DNA of 30,861 nucleotides, the filler included, from Acidimicrobiia bacterium (lineage in GTDB: Bacteria > Actinomycetota > Acidimicrobiia > Spongiisociales > UBA11373), in NCBI GenBank assembly GCA_040878325.1. It is 2 parts of 2 records of this genome, joined end to end, with 100 filler letters (N's around TTAATTAATTAA, not from the genome) between each part and the next. Parts side by side here need not be neighbours in the genome. Positions count along the whole stretch, not along the records: positions 1 to 13,886 come from JBBDMM010000007.1; positions 13,987 to 30,861 come from JBBDMM010000008.1. One strand, given 5' to 3'. Within the stretch, counting starts at the first letter, position 1, and every line of letters starts with the position of its first letter. Of this stretch, positions 13,835-20,800 are shown in pieces. The notes under the pieces are model-generated. The model did not search any database. It was not told the origin of the DNA and saw only the letters and a list, made by a program, of their open reading frames with translations. The position numbers were made by a program, and so were the translations under genes.

Positions 13835-13878
13835 GGGCCGACTTCGGCCCTTCGGGCCGAACAGACGCCGGTCGGCCC
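13835..13878 (+). terminator. Nested GC-rich hairpin downstream of tRNA-Leu (terminator-like or REP-like)
   Basis: gggccgac ... gtcggccc encloses ttcggccc-ttc-gggccgaa; no U-tract. Confidence 0.4.
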
Positions 13879-13886
13879 TCCTCCAC

Positions 13887-13986
13887 NNNNNNNNNNNNNN
13901 NNNNNNNNNNNNNNNNNNNNNNNNNNNNNNTTAATTAATTAANNNNNNNNNNNNNNNNNNNNNNNNNNNNNNNNNNNNNNNNNNNN
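13887..13986. other. Artificial contig-joining linker (44 N + TTAATTAATTAA + 44 N)
   Basis: Symmetric 100-nt spacer whose palindromic 12-mer puts stop codons in all six frames; not biological. Confidence 0.95.
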
Positions 13987-14040
13987 CATGACTCCATCCT
14001 CCCGTGGAATCAGAGCCGCTACCAAACCCGGGGTGCTTCA
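13987..14040 (-). mobile_element. Left end (IRL, SD and orfA ATG) of an IS3-family, IS51-group (IS6110-like) element, cut by the contig end
   Basis: Minus strand reads TGAAGCACCCCGGGTTTGGTAGCGGCTCTGATTCCACGGGAGGATGGAGTCATG. TG terminus, spacing and AGGATGGxGTCATG end match the IS6110 left end as I recall it. Confidence 0.75.
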
Positions 14041-14165
14041 CAAAGGCCAACCACCCGCCCAAATCATCATCCCCAACACCGGAAACCAACCATGAACCGT
14101 CGGCACCCTCGCGCAAACCAACACCTCCGGGGGAGGAAACAAGCACCCGGAACCACGCCGTTTCG

Positions 14166-14263
14166 TTTCTCCACCCGAAGGGGGGAGGGGGGCGCTCAGA
14201 CCGATGGAGCAACAAGGAGCCTGGCCCCCTCTTGCGGGAGACTGGGGACTGGGGACTGGCGAC
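14166..14263 (+). repeat. Composite repeat: hairpin + GGGGCGCTCAG + linker GCCTGGYCCCSTCTTGCGG + (GGRGACT)n; an inverted relative lies at 15440-15554
   Basis: Direct comparison of the two loci by eye. Confidence 0.75.
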
Positions 14264-15304
14264 TTAGGTCTCTCGCCCCAATGCCCCCGCCACCGCCCTC
14301 ACCTGGTCCATCAGGGCGGCGAATTCTTCGGGGAGGATGGCTTGGGGGCCGTCGACCTGGGCTGTTTCGGGTGAAGGGTGGACGTCGATCATCACTCCGT
14401 CGGCTCCGGCGGCAACCGCGGCAAGGGTCAATGCCGGCACCAGAGACTTGCGACCGCCGGAGTGGGAGGGGTCGACGAGCAGGGGGAGGTGCGAGAGCCC
14501 TTTGACGACGGGGACCGCGGAGATGTCGAGGGTGTTGCGAGTCTGGGTCTCGAAGGTGCGGATGCCGCGCTCGCAGAGGATCACCTGGTGGTTGCCCTCC
14601 TTGTAGACGTACTCGGCGGCGTTGAGCCACTCCTCCACCGTCGCCGTCATTCCCCGCTTTAGGAGCACCGGCTTGTCCTGGCGGCCCGCCTCGGCGAGGA
14701 GGGAGAAGTTCGACATGTTGCGGGCGCCGATCCGCACCAGGTCGGCGTAGGCAGACACCAGTTCAATATCGCGCGGGTCGAGCACTTCGGCCACGAAGGG
14801 GAGTCCGAACTCCTCGCGGGCCTCGGCGAGCAACTCGAGCCCCTTCTCACCGAGGCCCTGGAAGGCGTAGGGGGACGACCGGGGCTTGAAAGCATCGCCG
14901 CGGAGGATGCGGGCACCTGCCTTGGCGACTGCTTGCGCCGCGGTGAACAACTGCTCGCGGCTCTCGACCGCGCAGGGTCCGGCGATCACGGTCACTCCCC
15001 CGCCACCCACCGCCACCCCACCGACGTCGACCACCGAATCGGCGGGGTGATGGTCACGGCTGACGAACTTGTACGGCTTGAGAACGGGGAGGGCTCGCTC
15101 TACGCCCGGAAACGCCTCCCACGGGACCTGCTGGATGGCAGAGCGGTCACCCACGGCGCCGATCACAGTCCGTAACTCGCCGCGGGACACATGCGCCTCG
15201 GCCCCGATGTCACGCAGCCGCTCGATGACATGCTCGATCTGCGCCTCGGTGGCATCGCGGCGCATAACGATGATCGTCGAGTCGTCACCACGAGTGGCAG
15301 TCAA
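14264..15304 (-). CDS. aroF: DAHP synthase, type I-beta, with N-terminal regulatory domain
   Basis: IAGPCAVE, FKPRSSPYAFQGLG, IGARNM, LLKRG, CERGIRTF, RNTLD and VDPSH motifs. TTG start at 15304 lies 6 nt after AAGGAG. Confidence 0.95.
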   Translation of the reverse strand: MTATRGDDSTIIVMRRDATEAQIEHVIERLRDIGAEAHVSRGELRTVIGAVGDRSAIQQVPWEAFPGVERALPVLKPYKFVSRDHHPADSVVDVGGVAVGGGGVTVIAGPCAVESREQLFTAAQAVAKAGARILRGDAFKPRSSPYAFQGLGEKGLELLAEAREEFGLPFVAEVLDPRDIELVSAYADLVRIGARNMSNFSLLAEAGRQDKPVLLKRGMTATVEEWLNAAEYVYKEGNHQVILCERGIRTFETQTRNTLDISAVPVVKGLSHLPLLVDPSHSGGRKSLVPALTLAAVAAGADGVMIDVHPSPETAQVDGPQAILPEEFAALMDQVRAVAGALGRET

Positions 15305-15439
15305 CAAAGTCTCCTTGGAACAGTGGACGATAGTGAGAAGTAGCCATTCTCCGGCCGGACCGGCTCCCGCTCCGGCTCCAGCTACAGCCAGAGGCGGTGA
15401 GTCGCTCTCGATGATGCGAACGCGACCCCGCGGAAGGTG

Positions 15440-15554
15440 GCCCTCCGCCCTCCGCCTTCCGCAAGACGGGACCAGGCTTCCAGTAGTGGATCCAGCCTGA
15501 GCGCCCCCCAAGGAACCCTCTGGGTTCCCGTTCTCCCCCCTCCGGGCGGAGAAA
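15440..15554 (-). repeat. Composite repeat (inverted relative of 14166-14263) with an extra inner hairpin GGAACCC-AGA-GGGTTCC and GGARGGC-like heptamers
   Basis: Minus strand: TTTCTCCGCCCGGAGGGGGGAG...GGGGGGCGCTCAG...GCCTGGTCCCGTCTTGCGGAAGGCGGAGGGCGGAGGGC. Confidence 0.75.
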
Positions 15555-15619
15555 TGGAAGGCCTTCGCCTTCCTCGGGAGCCCAGGGCGAGTCCTGCGGG
15601 AGGCGGGTGGCGGACTACC

Positions 15620-15659
15620 GCTAGCAATTGCTAGCACTCTGTGATACTATTGCTACCAC
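15620..15659 (+). promoter_or_regulatory. Operator palindrome GCTAGCAATTGCTAGC and extended -10 (TGaTACTAT) of the XRE operon
   Basis: Perfect 16-bp palindrome at 15620-15635; TACTAT at 15645-15650; further half-site ATTGCTA at 15649-15655; ATG at 15660 has no SD. Confidence 0.75.
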
Positions 15660-16007
15660 ATGAAGCCGAAGGTATCCGAACTGGGTTCGTTCATCAGGCA
15701 GCAGCGGGAGCGGAGCGCGATCTCCGTCCGCAAGCTGGCGGAGCGAGCCGGCATCTCCAACCCGTACCTGAGCCAGATCGAGCGCGGTTTGCGAAAGCCC
15801 TCCGCCGAGATCGTCAAGCGGATCGCCAGGGGCCTCTCCGTTTCGGCGGAGTCCCTGTACGAGCGCGCCGGGTGGCTGGAGGGAAGGGATGCCCCGACCG
15901 TCGAAGACGCCATCGGATCGGACCTGACGCTCACTGAACGCCAGAAGCAGGCTCTGACGCAGATCTACAGGAGCTTCGTCACGAGCCCCAACGAGGAGAC
16001 ATCATGA
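15660..16007 (+). CDS. XRE-family HTH regulator (Rv0474/MLDSR-like)
   Basis: LGSFIRQQRE..ISVRKLAERAGISNPYLSQIERGLRKPSA...SAESLYERAG...LTERQKQAL..IY.SF closely matches M. tuberculosis Rv0474 as I recall it. Confidence 0.9.
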   Translation: MKPKVSELGSFIRQQRERSAISVRKLAERAGISNPYLSQIERGLRKPSAEIVKRIARGLSVSAESLYERAGWLEGRDAPTVEDAIGSDLTLTERQKQALTQIYRSFVTSPNEETS

Positions 16008-16423
16008 AGAGTCCCACTGAGATGAGAGAGACCGCCGCCAAGAAGATGGGCGGCCTGGCCGACACCGGCAAGAAGGCCGCGCTCGCCGCGGTCGGCGCCC
16101 CGGTCGTGGCCGGCAAGGCCATCGCCGACTGGTCCGGCAAGATGGGCAAGAGCGCCCAGAAGCAGTTCGAGGCGTGGGTCGTCGAGGGCGAGAAGCTCAC
16201 CCAGCAGCTGCGTGAAGGCAAGGTCGTCGACGAGATCAAGGATCGCGTCGACTTCGAGCAGATCCAGGGCCGGGTCGAGAAGCTCCGCGACCAGCTCGAG
16301 GACGTCCTGTCCAACTGGAGGGACAACTTCAAGCCCCAGGACGCCGAGAAGGCCGAAGCCCCGAAGAAGGCCACGGTCAAGAAGGCCGCCCCCAAGGCAA
16401 AGGCCGAGACCGTCGACGCCTGA
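16004..16423 (+). CDS. HBHA/MLDS(TadA)/phasin-like amphipathic helical protein with a Lys-Ala-Pro tail
   Basis: ALAAVGA, FEAWVVEGEKL and KKATVKKAAPKAKA segments; ATGA-coupled to the Rv0474-like gene. Confidence 0.7.
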   Translation: MKSPTEMRETAAKKMGGLADTGKKAALAAVGAPVVAGKAIADWSGKMGKSAQKQFEAWVVEGEKLTQQLREGKVVDEIKDRVDFEQIQGRVEKLRDQLEDVLSNWRDNFKPQDAEKAEAPKKATVKKAAPKAKAETVDA

Positions 16424-16445
16424 TTGAGCCGACAGCACAAGTAGC

Positions 16446-16476
16446 GAAGAGGGGGGCCCGCAAGGCCCCCCTCTTC
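16446..16476 (+). terminator. Intrinsic terminator-like hairpin
   Basis: 13-bp perfect stem GAAGAGGGGGGCC-CGCAA-GGCCCCCCTCTTC, 22 nt after the stop codon. Confidence 0.75.
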
Positions 16477-16497
16477 TCGTATCCATCGCCAGCCCAA

Positions 16498-16645
16498 CAA
16501 GAATCAAGAATCAAGACAGAGCCAGACACGTGGAACGAGTCCAACGCGTTCTGGCCAATCGCCAATCGCCTATCGCGGGAGGCTGCCCGAAGGGCGGACG
16601 ACCTATCGCTGGAGGCTGGAGGCTGGAGGCTGGAGGCTGGAGGCT
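16498..16645. repeat. Composite heptamer module: (CAAGAAT)n, spacer, GTCCAACGCGTTCTG, (GCCAATC)n, GAA-loop hairpin, (GGAGGCT)5
   Basis: Read directly; related modules at 22778-22829 (reverse) and 24444-24560. Confidence 0.85.
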
Positions 16646-16648
16646 CTT

Positions 16649-17053
16649 CTAATACTTCACTACCGCCGGCAGCTTCATTGCGTGGGCGATCCAGGTGGAG
16701 ACCATCTGCTCGGTGGGGAGGCGGCGCACCAGACGGCTCTTCTCGTTGATCGCCACCAACTTTGCGTGGAGGGGGGCGGGTTTACGGTTCTTCAATTCCT
16801 TGACCGTGTCGACGCCGGCTTCTTCGAGGAGATCGGAGTACTCCTCGCCGATGCCCTTGACCCGCATCAGGTCGGCCCGGTTCACCCATCCGAGTATCTG
16901 TTCCGGCGTGAGCCCTGTCGCGGTTGCGATCGCCTTCCGCCCGGAGCGGGTTGCCCCCTTCTTGAGCAGACCTTCCGTGGTTCGGATGCGCGCCTTGCGG
17001 AGCTTTGTCGCGAGCTTCGGAGTGATCCCCTCAATGGCGTCGATGGAAGGCAT
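16649..17053 (-). CDS. DUF4332 domain-containing protein (HhH-like)
   Basis: IDAIEGI...WVNRADLMRVKGIGEEYSDLLEEAGVDTVKEL...LVRRLP; AAGGAG SD. Confidence 0.85.
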   Translation of the reverse strand: MPSIDAIEGITPKLATKLRKARIRTTEGLLKKGATRSGRKAIATATGLTPEQILGWVNRADLMRVKGIGEEYSDLLEEAGVDTVKELKNRKPAPLHAKLVAINEKSRLVRRLPTEQMVSTWIAHAMKLPAVVKY

Positions 17054-17125
17054 CCCGCTCCTTTCGCTTGCTCGGCGCCTTGTCGGCGATCGTCTTGATG
17101 GCGGTCGGTCGCCGGGGGCCGAACA

Positions 17126-17749
17126 CTAACGATTCGCACTCGACCCCGGGCCGCTCCGACGCGCATCGCCACCGAGGTCCGCCGCGTCTTCCTCGGTGTC
17201 GACGTCGCGCGGTGGCACATGGTCGACGCGCACCTCCTCCACCAGCTCCGGATGCGACCTGAGGAAGTCGGATGCGCCGTGGTCACCCTCGAGCGCCATC
17301 AGCCGCGGCCAAATCCGTCGATCGAAGAGCACCGGGTTGGCGCGCTCATATCGGTACACGGGAACCATCGCCGGTCGGTCGCTCCACTCGGCGGCTTCGA
17401 GCAGTCGCTGCGGAACATCGGCGGGGATCTCCGGCTGATCGCCGAGCGCCACGAAGGCGCGGTGCATCGTCGAATCACGCGAGAGGATGTCGAACCCCAC
17501 CCGGATCGACGAGGCGATCCCCTCCCCCCAGTCTTCGTTGATAGCGACGACGGCGTCGCCGAAGTCGATCGCCTCGAGGATCTCCTCGGCGTGTGCCCCG
17601 AGGATCACCACGGTCGTCTCCGCAGGCCATGCCGCCACGGCATCGACGACGATCTGCAGCAGCGGGCGTCCTCGAAGGAGGATCAACTGCTTCGGCCGTC
17701 CCAGCCGACGCGACTCCCCAGCCGCCAGAACGATCGATGCAGTTGTCAT
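17126..17749 (-). CDS. MocA/YgfJ-like nucleotidyltransferase
   Basis: IVLAAGESRRLGRPKQL, GIASSI, LGDQP, NPVLF, GDHGA and DVDT motifs. TACTGT lies 7 nt before the ATG. Confidence 0.88.
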   Translation of the reverse strand: MTTASIVLAAGESRRLGRPKQLILLRGRPLLQIVVDAVAAWPAETTVVILGAHAEEILEAIDFGDAVVAINEDWGEGIASSIRVGFDILSRDSTMHRAFVALGDQPEIPADVPQRLLEAAEWSDRPAMVPVYRYERANPVLFDRRIWPRLMALEGDHGASDFLRSHPELVEEVRVDHVPPRDVDTEEDAADLGGDARRSGPGSSANR

Positions 17750-17861
17750 TGAATCAACAGTACCGGTCGTGTCCGAGCAGACCTACGGCGCGGTATCGCC
17801 TTTCGCCGGTCCGAGCGAAGCTCGGGCCGATTCGCTTTTCGCCGCCCGAGCACCGCGAAGG

Positions 17862-20800
17862 TCACCCCTCGCGCACCAGCCCAATGATCTTGGGATGCCC
17901 GTCCTCGTAGCTGAACATGATGAGCCAGGCGGCCTGCTCGAGTCGTTCGGGGCCGTGGACGTCGGCGCCGATCGACACGGAGTGGAAGTTGGTGAACTCC
18001 ACCGGGATGACCGTCGACGGCACCACCGGGGTGTCGACCCGTAGTTCCCGTCCGGGGTGGTCATAGGCGTCGAGGACGCTGGTCGCGACCGCCAGATCGA
18101 ACGTGCCTTCGAAGTCCGGGTAGGCAGGGTTGCGTCCCTTCCAGATATGGGTTACGGAGTCCTCCATCACCGATGGCACCAGATGCGGGGGGAAGTGAAT
18201 GAGCGGGGCGTGGTGGGCAACGAAGAGTCCGTACCGTGAAATGAGATCGCCGAAATCGGTGCGGGCGCGCAACCGCGACACGAAGTCACGCACCATGGCG
18301 AGAGGTTCGCCGTCCTCGGCGAAACCCGCCCGATCGACTTCCTCGGTGACGAAGAACGCCGGCACCGAGCCCTTGCCCGACTGAGTTCGGATCTCGATCC
18401 ACTGCTCCTGACCGACGTCGATCCGTCGCCCGGTCGCTTCGAGGCCGCGTTCGGTGGCTAGAAGCCGGGCGACCACATCCCCCTCACCAGAGCCGCGGGT
18501 CACATCGACTTTCCCGCCGTGGGGCACCATCACCACCGCGAACGTGTGCGATGAGCGGCGCACCAGCCGGGGCACACCTCCGCGGACGACAAGGCCGAGG
18601 TTGAAGAGTCCGCCGAACAGGAGCGACCACAACACCGCGCCGCCGAGAAGGGCGAGCGGTACCCGGAGCACGTGCAACGACTGGAAGAGGGTTCCGAGCA
18701 CGACCTCGGTGCTGTTCGATGGAGTCAGGGGCGCTTCGGAGAATGACGGCGGCGGACCGGTGGGGTCCCAGGCCAAGACACTCGTCCCCAACCGGGTCGA
18801 GAGTGCCTCGTCGATCGTGATGGTGACCCGGCCCTGCACTGCGGTCGTGCCGTCGGTCACCGTGTAGGGGAAGGTGACGGTCCCCAGCCAATGCGAAGGC
18901 GCCCTGAAGACGACCATCCCATCGACCACCGTGACCTCCCCGATCTCGGCTGGTCCCGCCGACACCAGGATCAAGGCGACGCCCTCGGGGTCGTAGTCGT
19001 TGCCGACTGCGTCGAGCACCACTCCGCCAGGACCCGCCGAGTCGGAGGCGACGATGATCACATCCTCGACGATCACGGGGGGCTCGTTCACCACGGGCAA
19101 CACGATCCAGACGAATCCGATGACGACCGCTTGACCGCGCTCGTCGGTGACCGTCACCAGGGTGTATCTCGTCTGCGGAGTGGTCGGCGTGCCTGCGATC
19201 ACGCCGGTGGCGCTATCGATCGACAGCCCATCGGGAAGCCCCGAGGCCGAGAACGTCAGGTCCAATCCGTCGGGGTGAACGGCCTCGACCTCGAGCACGA
19301 GCGACACGCCCACCGTGGCTTGCTGGGTCGCAACTGCCGAGCCGACCGGAAAGCCTGCCGGCGCCTCGACGCTCCACGCGAAGGAGGCGAAGTCGGTAGC
19401 CGGCGGAGCACCGTCGTCGGTGACCATGACCGTCACGCTGTAGGTGCCGGGCGTCGTCGGCGCCCCGGTGATGGCCCCGGTCGAGGGTGAGATCGCGGCG
19501 CCACCCGGAAGCCCGGTGGCCGACCAGGTCAGCCCATCACCGTCGGGGTCGACGGCCGTCGGCAAGATGGTCACGTTGGCCCCCGCCTGGCTCGACCGAT
19601 TCGTCAACACCCCGATCTGCGGAGCCCGGTTGACTTCGCCGATCATCCAGGTGAAGGAAACCTGCGATTGGAGGGCGGGCGTTCCGTCGTCGGTGGCGAC
19701 CACGGTCACCGAGTACTCCGCTGCGAGGGCGAACCCGAGGGTCCCGCTGATCAGCCCGCTCGTCGGCGAGATCGCCAGTCCCGGAGGGAGGCCGGTGGCC
19801 GACCAACTGAGCCGGTCGCCGTCCGGGTCGGATCCGCTCATCGACAGTGAGACGGCGTCGCCCTCATCGTCGGTCTGGGGACCGGGGTTCTGCACGGTGG
19901 GCGCCCGGTTGGTGTTGGCAACGGTCCAGGTGAAGGAGCGATCCGTGAAGAGGCTGGGCGACCCGTCGTCGGTGGCGCGCACCGTCACCGGGTGGGTGCC
20001 GGCAGCCGTGAATCCGAGGGTTCCCGTGACCTCTCCTGAACCGGAGTCGATGGTCAAACCCGGGGGGAGTCCGCTTGCCGACCAGGTGAGGTTGTCGCCA
20101 TCGGGATCAAGACCGGACACCGGCAACGCCACGGTCATGCCTTCGGCCGATGACTGGTTGGGGATGCTCGCCACGGTAGGGGCACGATTGGTATTCGCCA
20201 CCGTCCAGGTGAAGGTGGTCTCGTCGGAGAGGGAGGGGGACCCGTCGTCGGTAGCCCGCACGGTCACCGAGTACGGCGAGCCCGGCGACGCGTTGTAGCC
20301 GATGGTCCCCGTGATGTTCCCACTCGACGACCCGATCGTCAGCCCCGGGGGCAGCCCGGTGGCCGACCAGGTCAGTCCATCCCCATCGGGATCGGTGGCT
20401 GCCATTGCCAGGTTGACCGAATCGCCTTCCGCCCCGGCCCGGTTGGATGACGACTGCATCACCGGCGCCCGGTTGGTGTCGTCGATCGTCCAGGTGAATG
20501 AGACTTCAGTGAACGCCGCCGGGAACCCATCGTCAGTGGCCCGCACCGCCACCGGATGGATGCCGGCGGCGTCGTAGGTGGGGGTACCCGAAATGAGCCC
20601 GCTGTCGGGGTCGATGGCGAGGCCCAGCGGAAGGCCGAATGCGCCCCAGGTGAGATCGTCACCGTCGGGATCCGATCCGTCCATCTGCAGGGAGACCGGG
20701 TCACCCTCGGCGGTCGTCTGGTCGCCCGGGTTGGTCACCAGCGGCACCCGGTTGTTGTCGGCGACCGTCCAGGTGAACGCCACTTCGGCGAACTGGTTCG

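Noticed and set aside
13931..13942. AT-rich palindromic regulatory site TTAATTAATTAA
   Set aside because: It sits centrally in symmetric N runs; it is an assembly linker.
14264..15304. Inactive or divergent DAHP synthase (RGDAFKPRS; IDVH instead of IEVH)
   Set aside because: KPRS and the Cys, His and Asp ligands are intact, and I recall DVH in other actinobacterial homologs; not enough to claim altered function.
15350..15420. SAM-I riboswitch upstream of aroF (TCATCGAGAG on the minus strand)
   Set aside because: The remaining conserved elements (GAGGGA, GGCCC, GCAACC) are absent and the gene context does not fit.
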